Source of the DNA: Macrostomum lignano
Taxonomy: Eukaryota
NCBI GenBank assembly: GCA_002269645.1
Contig: NIVC01002209.1
Span: forward strand, 1-64,000
Length of the DNA stretch: 64,000 nucleotides
Reading direction: 5' to 3'
How positions within the stretch are numbered: the first letter of the stretch is position 1; each line of letters begins with the position of its first letter. This document shows positions 44,120 through 64,000 of this stretch, in pieces. Position numbers and translations under genes: made by a program. Under the pieces are notes generated by a model. That model made no database searches. It was not told the origin of the DNA and worked only from the letters and a program-made list of their open reading frames with translations.

Positions 44120-45350
44120 TCTACAGACTCTCAAACGAACCGGAGTGACAGACTCTCAAACAAATCGGAGTGACAGACTCTCAAACAAATCGGAGTGACA
44201 GACTCTCAAACAAATCGGAGTGACAGACTCTCAAACAAATCGGAGTGACAGACTCTCAAACAAATCGGAGTGACAGACTCTCAAACAAATCGGAGTGACA
44301 GACTCTCAAACAAATCGGAGTGACAGACTCTCAAACAAATCGGAGTGACAGATTCTCAAACAAATCGGAGTGACAGACTCTCAAACAAATCGGAGTGACA
44401 GATTCTCAAACAAATCGGAGTGACAGACTCTCAAACAAATCGGAGTGACAGACTCTCAAACGAACCGGAGTGACAGACACTCAAACAAATCGGAGTGACA
44501 GACTCTCAAACAAATCGGAGTGACAGACTCTCAAACAAATCGGAGTGACAGACTCTCAAACAAATCGGAGTGACAGACTCTCAAACAAATCGGAGTGACA
44601 GACTCTCAAACAAATCGGAGTGACAGACTCTCAAACAAATCGGAGTGACAGACTCTCAAACAAATCGGAGTGACAGACTCTCAAACAAATCGGAGTGACA
44701 GACTCTCAAACAAATCGGAGTGACAGATTCTCAAACAAATCGGAGTGACAGACTCTCAAACAAATCGGAGTGACAGACTCTCAAACAAATCGGAGTGACA
44801 GACTCTCAAACAAATCGGAGTGACAGACTCTCAAACAAATCGGAGTGACAGACTCTCAAACAAATCGGAGTGACAGACTCTCAAACAAATCGGAGTGACA
44901 GACTCTTAAACGAACCGGAGTGACAGACTCTCAAACAAATCGGAGTGACAGACTCTCAAACAAATCGGAGTGACAGACTCTCAAACAAATCGGAGTGACA
45001 GACTCTCAAACAAATCGGAGTGACAGATTCTCAAACAAATCGGAGTGACAGACTCTCAAACAAATCGGAGTGACAGACTCTCAAACGAACCGGAGTGACA
45101 GACTCTCAAACAAATCGGAGTGACAGACTCTTAAACGAACCGGAGTGACAGACTCTCAAAAAAATCGGAGTGACAGACTCTCAAACAAATCGGAGTGACA
45201 GACTCTCAAACAAATCGGAGTGACAGACTCTCAAACAAATCGGAGTGACAGACTCTCAAACAAATCGGAGTGACAGACTCTCAAACAAATCGGAGTGACA
45301 GACTCTCAAACGAATCGGAGTGTCAGACTCTTAAAAGAGATCGGAGTGAC
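44066..45350. repeat. (GACA)n followed by 25-bp satellite (GACTCTCAAACAAATCGGAGTGACA)n ending just before the GPCR ATG
   Basis: Direct reading, period 25. Confidence 0.95.
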
Positions 45351-45367
45351 AGACACCCAATCAGATC

Positions 45368-53077
<7,710 letters not shown>

Positions 53078-54419
53078 GCCGCTCCAACAAGAGGTTACCA
53101 AATGACTGCTTGGGCAGAAGATTAATTAAAGCACTTTGCACTTTATTTATGGTCCCTGCTGCGGATCATTTCTGAGAAAACCCAGTGCAGCGTACTTTAA
53201 AGTACTGTATGTACTTTGAGATCTGCAGCTTCAGCTGGACTCGGGATTTTTTAGGGTGGGTTCATGGGGGTCAGCCGACCCCTTTGACTCTCTTGGATTC
53301 ATCGATTTTTTCGCTTGTTCTCGCTTCAAACAGATTGATTTTCCTGATGCAACCGAGAACTTTCGATAGTGGTTTACGGGATCAGGTTTGCTTTGTACAT
53401 GCAAAATTAGTGGATGAATTATTTTGTATTTAATGTTGCGTAATCATTCGCTACCTCTACTTGATACCGATGAATATTAAGTTGTGTTTATTTTTCTCTG
53501 TCCTGTGATCTGACAACAAAGATTACTGATCGGGTCAGAAATTTTATGCACAGATCTGAGAGTGAGAAAAGTGTTATTGATAATTTTAGGGAGAGATCTC
53601 ATGTAGAAGTCTCAAGGTGAAATCTCATGAAGAGATCTCAAGAAGAGATTTCAAAAAGGGGCTCAAGAAAAGATCTCATTTGGAGATCTCAAGTCTCATT
53701 AAGAGATCTCAAGTAAAGGGTCTCAAGAAGAGATCTCAAGTAGAGATCTCATGACAAGATCTCATGGAGCGATCTCAAGGAGAGATCTCATGAAGGGATC
53801 TTAAAAACAGATATTCTGAAGAGATCGCAGGCAGAGATCTTACAATAATTAGTGGGATTAGTGGGATACAATAAGATTAGTGGGAAAGATCTCAAGATGA
53901 AATCTCATGGAGAAAAATCTCAGAGAGACATCTCTAGGGGGGATTTTAGAGAGAGAGAAATTAACTATATAGATGCGAGACGAAGTAAAGAGTTGTCTAG
54001 ACTATCACGTACGTTACATATATCCTCCTAGCAACTATTTTTATTAGGTAGTTAACTCCCACCGTATCCGAACCGAAAAAGAAAACGAGTTTGTCGTACT
54101 TGTCCTGCTTTTCTGTTCCTTGAACCACAGTGTCAGCAGCTGGTAACTTCGACCAAATTTTATGTAATTGCTAACTGTAATGTGAAAACTGCTAACAAAA
54201 GCACTCGTAGATGCTGTTGAAATGCTGTAAAACTGGCTGTAAAACCTTTATTCCGACACTAATGGCTGCTATAAATGTAAAAGACGCTACATTTATCAAA
54301 TACACAGTTGAATTTAAACAATTGAACAGTAAAATTGAAGAGACGTGCTTTGCATTGCAACCTTTTACAGACTTATTAGCTTATTGGTGTCCATAAATTA
54401 ATTGCTTATAATAAGTAAG

Positions 54420-55505
<1,086 letters not shown>

Positions 55506-55709
55506 CACGAGCTGCTCACAGAGGCGCGTGCCCTGCTAGGAGCACGAGCTTATTATGCTCAATTTTCCAGTCCTAGAAGAGATCGTCTGATTAATCACCT
55601 GGCTGCTCTAAGCTGATAAGGTGTCGCCTCTAAGTAGAACATTCTGATCGAATAGAAGTGCAAACTCTTTGCTTGGGAAGAAACTTCTCTTGCTAGCTCG
55701 TAGTAAAGA

Positions 55710-56540
55710 GAGGTTGTTCCTGTTAGATAGAGGTTATTAATCTTAGATGTTGTTCCTGTTAGATAGAGGTTATTAATCTTAGATGTTGTTCCTGTTAGAT
55801 AGAGGTTATTAATCTTAGATGTAGTTCCTGTTAGATAGAGGTTATTACTGTTAGATGTTGTTCCTGTTAGATAGAGGTTATTAATCTTAGATGTTGTTCG
55901 TGTTAGAAAGAGGTTATTACTGTTAGATTTTGTTACTGTTAGACAGATTTTGTTCCTGTTAGATAGAGGTTATTACTGTTAGATGTTGTTTCTGTTAGAC
56001 AGAGGTTGTTACTGTTAGACAGATGTTGTTACTGTTAGACAGATGTTGTTTCTGTTAGACAGATGTTGTTACTGTTAGAAAGATGTTGTTACTTTTAGAC
56101 AGATGTTGTTACTGTTAGACAGATGTTGTTACTGTTAGACAGATGTTGTTACTGTTAGAAAGATGTTGTTACTTTTAGACAGATGTTGTTACTGTTAGAC
56201 AGATGTTGTTACTGTTAGACATGTTAGACAGATGTTGTTACTGTTAGACATGTTGTTTCTGTTAGACAGATGTTGTTTCTGTTAGACATATGTTGTTTCT
56301 GTTAGACAGATGTTGTTACTGTTAGACAGATGTTGTTACTGTTAGACAGATGTTGTTACTTTTAGACAGATGTTGTTACTGTTAGACAGATGTTGTTACT
56401 GTTATACAGATGTTGTTACTGTTAGACAGATGTTTTTTCTCTTAGACAGATGTTGTTACTGTTAGACAGAGGCTCTTAATGTTAGACAAAGAATCTTACT
56501 GTTAGGCAGAGGTGGTTACTGATAGACAGCGGTTGTTACT
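55710..56540. repeat. Minisatellites of about 33 bp and 20 bp (TGTTGTTACTGTTAGACAGA)n
   Basis: Direct reading. Confidence 0.9.
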
Positions 56541-57650
56541 GGTTCTGTTTGTTATCTAAAACGAAAAAGGAAAAAACCCGAAAGCAAAAGAAAGTACAAA
56601 CTACACGGCTTAGCTAGTGGAAGAAACTTCAAGAATATTTTTAGCAGAAATACGAATACTAAGTGAGTTTTACAATTCCTGACATGCACGGCACAAGCAA
56701 ACGCAATGGCTCAATATTTACTTATACTCAACTGCAAGGACAGAAAATATTTCCTACCTTGGTTATAGTGATATTCCTTAGTCGGCAGCCGAATAGGACC
56801 TTGGACAAGAGTCTGATTAGACATGGGACAGCTGAGATGATGAACTGCTTGTTATTCTGCAGGGGGAGAATTATGATATGTCTGGAGCGGAGAGTGGACA
56901 GGGCTTGCTAATTACCCTCTGAAATTTTTTCAATAACCTTAGCCTGGGTGTGAGTAATTAGACAACGCCCTTTGCGAAGTGTCTTTTTACATTCTGGGCG
57001 ATGAACCCTATCAGTTGACATGTAAACAAAAACGTGGCATTAAAAATAATAGGCGGAACATGCGATGATAACATCGAGACATTTTTGTGCATTTATTTTT
57101 AAGAAGAATGTCCTTTTAATACTACTGAAGTACAAGTACAATTGGAAAATTCGCGTAAGTAGATATTGAAATTTTGTAAATTTTAAAAGTAGAGTGTACA
57201 TGTCTGACAAGGCAATTAAAGTTAGGCCCGCCGTACACCTTGTGTGAGTTGTGTGTATGAATAGGTGCTTGCGTACAGTGAGTCAGTGGAATGGGCGTGT
57301 CTCGGAACGAGCGCCAGGGTGCCTGCCCGCAGCCCTCCTGTACATTAATTTGGCAGGCTTCTGGGGCTGGGGGGTTAGGGATAGGGGTAACGAAGAATGT
57401 ACATTATCTCTCTCCAGTTCAGTGGGGTGTTGGGTCAACGCTGCGGCCAATCAGCGCGCAGGAAGTTGAATCAATTTTATTACCCCCCCACCACCCCATG
57501 CACCCCAGAGCTTGTCATGAAATGAAGTGAAACTCTCAATTCACTAAAAAAGGCTTTGCACTTTGCTAATAAAACTGTGGGGCAGGTAACAGTAACTTAA
57601 ACAGTAGCCACCAGACATTGGATACTAGAACTCAGCACCAGCTAGGAGCA

Positions 57651-59200
57651 ATGAACTCGCAGCTACATCAGGATCAGCAGAACGTTTTTGGGCCTCTTCA
57701 ACACGGCGGCGCCGCCACATTTCAAGCCGCTGTGGTGAGTTTTCGCGTCGCTTCACAACTAACTTTTTTTAAAAGAGCAAACCGATCGTGAATGCTTGAC
57801 TTGAGTTGTTCATTACATATTTGAGTCGATCTTTTTCCTTATTTAATAACTGACTTTTCATAATCCAGAATGCATTCTTTGGACAATATCAATTAGAACA
57901 CACGATTTTTATCCCACTATCCAAATCCTGCAATCCAAATCCCATACTTAAAGCCATTATCCAGATCTCATTATCCAGATCAAATTATCCAAATCCAATT
58001 ATCCAGATCCCATTATCCAGATCCCATTATCCAGATCCCATTATCCAGATCCCATTATCCAGATCCCATTATCCAGATCCCATTATCCAGATCCCATTTT
58101 TCAGATCCCATTATCCAGATCCCATTATCCAGATCCCATTATCCAGATCCCATTATCCAGATCCCATTTTTCAGATCCCATAATCCAGATCCCATTATCC
58201 AGATCCCATTATCCAGATCCCATTATTCAGACCCCGTTATCCAAGTCCCATAACGCTATTATGTAGATCCCATATCCTAATTCCTATCTAAATCCAATTA
58301 TCGAGATCCCATTTTAAAAATCGAAATCCTATTATCCAGATCCCATTATCCATGTTCAATATAAAAATCGATCACACACCTCCCATCCCCAGTTCGACCG
58401 GGTAGCCGCCTCGGCCACCCTCCGTCGGAGCCGTCAGCCGAGCCGCCTACCCGAGGAGCTGCAGAGCCGCCACCGAGCATTCAGCACCCTGCAGAGTCTT
58501 GTTGGAGTCATCCTCGCCCTTCTAGGCTTCGTAGCCCTTGCCTGGGGCCAGTCGGCCTCGCCGTTGGGCGTCGCTGTTGGAGTCTGGGCTGGCCCAGGAT
58601 TTCTATTCGCCGGTCAACTCGGTTGCCAGGCGGGTCGCAGCGGCAACGGTGGTCGGTCGAGACGTGCCGCCCTGCGCTGGTCGCTGTCGAGTTTGGGCGC
58701 CTGCTTCGCCTCGTTCAGCATCGGCATAGCGGCTGTCGTGGTGCGAGCCCAGCGCATCTCCCTGCCACCGGCTCCCGTGGCAGTGTCCGACTGCGTGAAT
58801 CTCAGCTTGGTCTGTTTCGGCCTTTGCATGTCAGGCTGCTTTCGCCTACCTGTCTGTCTGGCACTGCTACTGGAACTGTTATTACGAGGTTGCGAAGACG
58901 TCTAGCCATCAGCAGCAAGCCAGCCTACCTGTGGCTGCTCAGCAGACGTGCTCCAAATGTCTCAAGCAGCAGCAAGAGCATCAACAACAGCGAACATCCT
59001 GGACAACGGACGATCTGCAGGACAGGCGAATTACTCCACCGCCAAGTTATGAGGAGTGGCGCTCCATGACTCTGGGCCCGGGGTGCGCCGGCAGTGACAG
59101 TGCGTCAGTGCACAGCTCTCCGGAGTGCCGCTCGATGATCGTGCCAGGAGAGAAGCCGAGAGGTCGAAAGAAGAATCTTCGAGTTCACTGGGAGCTGTGA
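57651..59200 (+). CDS. MS4A/CD20-like four-transmembrane protein with C-terminal PPPSY motif, 2 exons, one 1-nt frameshift
   Basis: Exon 1 is 57651-57734 (ATG..GTG|GTGAGT) and exon 2 starts at 58393 (ccccag|TTC, phase 0). TM1 is QSLVGVILALLGFVALAW, TM2 is GVWAGPGFLFAGQLG, TM3 is LSSLGACFASFSIGIAAVVV, and TM4 continues in the +1 frame (SAFACQAAFAYLSVW) after about 58816. Confidence 0.65.
57955..58350. repeat. 14-bp minisatellite (ATCCAGATCCCATT)n, intronic
   Basis: Direct reading. Confidence 0.9.
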
Positions 59201-60329
59201 TTGGCCCGCTATCTTCTATTTGATTTGTTTTTTTAAGCTTCCATTTTTGAATTCGGTTAAGGTTGTCCCAAGTTTTAGTCAACGTTTCTCTTTGTTTTAT
59301 TATGCGGTGGTTACACTTGTAAATTTAAACCATAATGGTTTTTTTATTGCACGTGTTTCAATTTTACTACTCACGCTCCAGATCTCAGTAGTATGATTAG
59401 GATAATTGACTTTATTTTGATTTGCTATGCTTTCGTCATCATTATATAAATAGTTCTACAAGGCTTATTTCAGACGAAAATCAAGTTTTTAAACATAATT
59501 TTGTTTGAAGAGTTTATTTAATAATTTGAGCCCTCGTCCGACGTTTCCAAGAGACCTGAAAAATAAACTATCGGGCATGAGTAAAACAAAACTTGAATTG
59601 CTCTCGCGTTACATCAACAGAACTTGGTTCACTTCAAATCAGAACTCGCAGCGTTTCATTTTGGTTGTTATTGACGGCAAGTAAAACAAACTCGCAGGCC
59701 AACCCCCGCCCAGAAGCAAGCGCAAGGCACCTGTCTCTCAGAAATACTAAAGCTATATAATCTTCATCTCGGCCCCCAGCTCACTGCAAACAAATTTCTG
59801 CCTTGGACAAACATTAACGGCATAAAGTTGTGTCCAGAGCAAACAGAGAGCCTCCGACAGAGATTGAACTGCCTCTGCTGCTGGAGAGCTCTCTTCTAGA
59901 AGAGAAAGCAAAAAAGAGAGCAGCAACTAGGAATTGCTTGGATCCAGAAGGCTTGGCATCAAGTTGCTCCGGCTGAGTTAGTCCTGCCTCCCTGTTTCCT
60001 GACAGCAATCGATCTCTTGCCCCTCTGACAGAAGACCTTCAGGCAAGTCATATAGCAGTTATGAGGTAAATCTTTGCTTCAGATCATTCTCTGATTTTTA
60101 TGTTCAAATTAGCTTTTTCATTAACCTTTAGATTTATATATTACGGCAAGGTCAATGAGAGACAAATCTGAAAGCGTTTAATAGAGTGACTATAGTCATA
60201 GATTAGTCAATTAGTGTCAGAAGCTAGTCACGAAAGCAATAATAGACTCTAGTTAATGGCTTTAATGACTGAATTTAAAGTATCTCAACCTTTCTGTCTG
60301 TCTATTATGTCTATGACTATCCTGATTAG

Positions 60330-62030
60330 CTTCTGACATTAATGACTATTGTAACTGACTTCTGACACTAATTAACAGGATATGACTATAGAGACTAGCT
60401 TCCGACACTAAATGACTAGCTTCTGACACCAATGACTTGCTTCTGACACTAACTGACTAGTCTGTGACGATTGTGACTAGTCTATGACAATCGTGACTAG
60501 TCTATGAATATGGTGACTAGCTTCTGACAGTAATGACTAGCTTCTAACACTAATGATTACCTTCCGACACTAATGATTACCTTCTTAACAATAATGACTA
60601 GCTTCCGACACAAATTACTACCTTCCTAACACTAATGACTACCTTCCTAACACTAATGACTACCTTCCTACGCTCGTAACACTAATGACTAGCTTCTGAC
60701 ACTAATGACTAGCTTCCGACACTAATGACTGGCTTCCGACACTAATGACTAGCTTCCGACAGTAATGACTAGCTTCCGACAGTAATGACTAGCTTCTGAC
60801 ACTAATGACTAGCTTCTGACACTAATGACTAGCTTCTGACACTAATGACTAGCTTCCGACACAAATTACTACCTTCCTAACACTACTGACTACCTTCCTA
60901 ACACTAATGACTACATTCCTAACACTAATGCCTACCTTCCGACACTAATGACTAGCTTCCGACACTAATGACTAGCTTCTGACACTAATGACTAGCTTCC
61001 GACACTAATGATTAGCTTCTGACACTAATGACTAGCTTCCGACACTAATGACTAGCTTCCGACACTAATGACAAGCTTCCGACACTAATGACTAGCTTCC
61101 GACACTAATGACTAGCTTCTGACACTAATGACTAGCTTCTGACACTAATGACTAGCTTCCGACACTAATGACTAGCTTCTGACACTAATGACTAGCTTCC
61201 GACACTAATGACTAGCTTCGGACACTAATGACTAGCTTCCGACACTAATGACTAGCTTCCGACACTAATGACTAGCTTCTGACACTAATGACTAGCTTCC
61301 GACAGTAATGACTAGCTTCTGACACTAATGACTAGCTTCTGACACTAATGACTAGCTTCCGACACTAATGACTAGCTTCCGACACTAATGACTAGCTTCT
61401 GACACTAATGATTAGCTTCCGACACTAATGACTAGCTTCCGACACTAATGACTAGCTTCCGACTAGCTTCCGACACTAATGACTAGCTTCTGACACTAAT
61501 GACTAGCCTCCGACTACCTTCTGACACTAATGACTAGCTTCTGACACTAATGACTAGCTTCCGACACTAATGGCTAGCTTCCGACACTAATGACTAGCTT
61601 CCGACACTAATGACTAGCTTCCGACACTAATGCCTACCTTCCGACACTAATGACTAGCTTCCAACACAAATTACTACCTTCCTAACACTAATGACTAGCT
61701 TCTGACACTAACTGACTAGTCTATGACGATCGTGACTAGCTTCTGAAGCCAATTACTAGCTTCTGACACTAATGACTAGTCTATGACGATCGTGACTAGC
61801 TTCTGAAGCCAATTACTAGCTTCTGACACTAACTGACTAGTCTATGACGATCGTGACTAGCTTCTGAAGCCAATTACTAGCTTCTGACACTAATGACTAG
61901 TCTATGACGATCGTGACTAGCTTCTGAAGCCAATTACTAGCTTCTGACACTAATGACTAGTCTATGACGATCGTGACTAGCTTCTGAAGCCAATTACTAG
62001 CTTCTGACACTAATGACTAGTCTATGACGA
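60330..62030. repeat. 20-bp satellite (GACACTAATGACTAGCTTCC)n turning into a 60-bp higher-order unit
   Basis: Direct reading; the lines starting at 61861 and 61921 are identical. Confidence 0.95.
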
Positions 62031-62060
62031 TTGCCCCCACTGGCCGACCTCCGCAGCGAG

Positions 62061-64000
62061 CTCAAGCACGTCCGCGACCCAGTCACTGGCCGCTGCGTGG
62101 CCTGCGAAGCGCTGAACAAGAGCGGCGGCCTCGACTTGGCCTACCACCCAGACTACGGCCTCAACACCGGCTCGGGTCTCATGGTGCAGCAGAATCAGAA
62201 CCGACCGACAACGCCAGTAATTTTCGACCCCTCAGATCCCAACTATATCAGAGCTATTCGCCGGGGCAGTGTTGCCTTATCCAAGGGCCAGGGAGTGTAC
62301 ACCCACGGAGCCAATCCGCAGCAGTTCGATCAACCGTCGCCAACGCTGATGAAGCGCCAGTCGCAGCCGCAGATTCTTCTGCTGGACACCCAGTCGGCGC
62401 CGCAGCAGCAGCCGAACTACCGGTTCGTTCAACCATCGCCAAGCGGCAGCAACAACAAAGTTGTGCTGTGGCAGCAGGCCGCCTCTGGCAGGGTGGAGCC
62501 GCAGCCGCAGTACTCCATGGCCACCGTGGCTGGCGCGGCCATGAAGCAGCCGAGACCGCCACCGCCGCAGACGGTCTGGGTGCAGCCGTCGGGTGGCGGA
62601 GGTGCCAACCTGCACGGTGCCAACTTCTACCCGGGTTAGAGAGTACAGCCTGTACTTTGGTTTGTAGAATAGAGCAGATCATAGGGGGACTGACTGATCT
62701 GGGAGGCTGGCCCACCAACTGAGGATCTGGGAGGCTGGCCCAGCAACTGAGGATCTGGGAGGTTGGCCCAGGTACTGAGGATTTGGGAGGCTGGCCCAGC
62801 AACTGGGGATCTGAGAGGCTGGCCCAGCAACTGAGGATCTGGGAGGCTGGCCCAGCAACTGAGGATTTGGGAGGCTGGCCCAGCAACTGAGAATCTGGGA
62901 GGCTGGCCCAGGTACTGAGGATTTGGGAGGCTGGCCCAGGTACTGAGGATCTGGGAGGCTGGCCCAGCAACTGAGGATCTGGGAGGCTGGCCCAGCAACT
63001 GAGGATCTGGGAGGCTGGCCCCATCAACTGAGGATCTGGGAGGCTGGCCCAGCAACTGAGGATCTGGGAGGCTGGCCCAGCAACTGAGAATCTGGGAGGC
63101 TGGCCCATCAACTGAGGATCTGGGAGGCTGGCCCAGCAACTGAGAATCTGGGAGGCTGGCCCAGCAACTGAGGATCTGGGAGGCTGGCCCACCAACTGAG
63201 GATCTGGGAGGCTGGCCCAGCAACTGAGGATCTGGGAGGCTGGCCCAGCAACTGAGGATCTGGGAGGCTGGCCCAGCAACTGAGGATCTGGGAGGCTGGC
63301 CCAGTAACTGAGGATCTGGGAGGCTGGCCCAGCAACTGAGGATCTGGGAGGCTGGCCCATCAACTGAGGATCTGGGAGGCTGGCACAGCAACTGAGGATC
63401 TGGGAGGCTGGCCCAGCAACTGAGGATCTGGGAGGCTGGCCCACCAACTGAGGATCTGGGAGGCTGGCCCAGCAACTGAGGATCTGGGAGGCTGGCCCAC
63501 CAACTGAGGATCTGGGAGGCTGGCCCACCAACTGAGGATCTGGGAGGCTGGCCCAGCAACTGAGGATCTGGGAGGCTGGCCCAGCAACTGAGGATCTGGG
63601 AGGCTGGCCCAGCAACTGAGGATCTGGGAGGCTGGCCCAGCAACTGAGGATCTGGGAGGCTGGCCCAGCAACTGAGGATCTGGGAGGCTGGCCCAGCAAC
63701 TGAGGATCTGGGAGGCTGGCCCAGCAACTGAGGATCTGGGAGGTTTAACCTATGCTTATTCAAATCGTCAGATGGTTGCTACAACACAGACATCACAGTT
63801 CCACAAAATTTCTCCGATTTCTAGGCTACGGCGGAGGTCGCGGCGGCGGTCCCGGAGGCGGCGGACGTAGCGGCTGCTGCAGCGGGTGCAAGCTGTGCTG
63901 CCTGAGCTGCTGCCCCTCATGCCGAGGCAAAAACCCGGGCGGCCGCGGAGGCGGCGGCGTGGAGTCGGGACCGAAGCGGCCCTACTGGAGCTACGAAGAC
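62061..64000 (+). CDS. Partial gene: Gln/Pro-rich exon plus Gly-rich, Cys-string exon continuing beyond the window
   Basis: Open GC-rich frame to 62634 with donor CCG G|GTTAGA. The next exon from about 63825 (tttctag|GC, phase 1) reads GYGGGRGGGPGGGGRSGCCSGCKLCCLSCCPSCRG...RPYWSYED. The start codon is not established. Confidence 0.55.
62690..63745. repeat. 28-bp minisatellite (GGGAGGCTGGCCCAGCAACTGAGGATCT)n, intronic
   Basis: Direct reading; it generates the LPDPQLLGQPPRSSVAGPASQ junk ORFs. Confidence 0.95.

Noticed and set aside
62254-63763. 481-aa and 375-aa LPDPQLLGQPP ORFs
   Set aside because: Translations of the 28-bp intronic minisatellite, antisense to the real exon.

Overview
Eukaryotic (animal) genomic DNA with GC-rich spliced exons and introns filled with minisatellites. 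The style is consistent with a flatworm such as Macrostomum, which is an inference only. I reconstructed six genes by hand from GT-AG junctions with matching phases: (1) a minus-strand ankyrin-repeat + cGAS-like (Mab-21/cGLR) nucleotidyltransferase fusion running off the left edge; (2) a compact secreted perlecan-like protein (signal peptide-Ig-Ig-LamG-EGF-EGF-LamG-EGF-EGF-LamG); (3) an IAP (BIR-BIR-UBA-RING); (4) a rhodopsin-class peptide GPCR; (5) an MS4A/CD20-like 4-TM protein with a PPxY motif; (6) a partial Gln/Pro-rich, Cys-string gene running off the right edge. Mobile DNA includes a decayed Ty3/Gypsy LTR element with a tRNA-derived SINE and a 2.2-kb TG..CA element nested in its integrase, three TSD-flanked MITEs, and a (TATC)n-tailed repeat family. 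The most striking feature is a near-perfect array of about 8 x 1075 bp (about 31352-39910). Each monomer carries a minimal type-I hammerhead ribozyme and two copies of a twin-hairpin module whose outer stem shows a compensatory base-pair change. The array looks like a retrozyme or Penelope-associated circRNA-type element and is bracketed by a direct duplication of (TATC)n plus about 1.6 kb. Most ORFs in the supplied track are artefacts of repeats.
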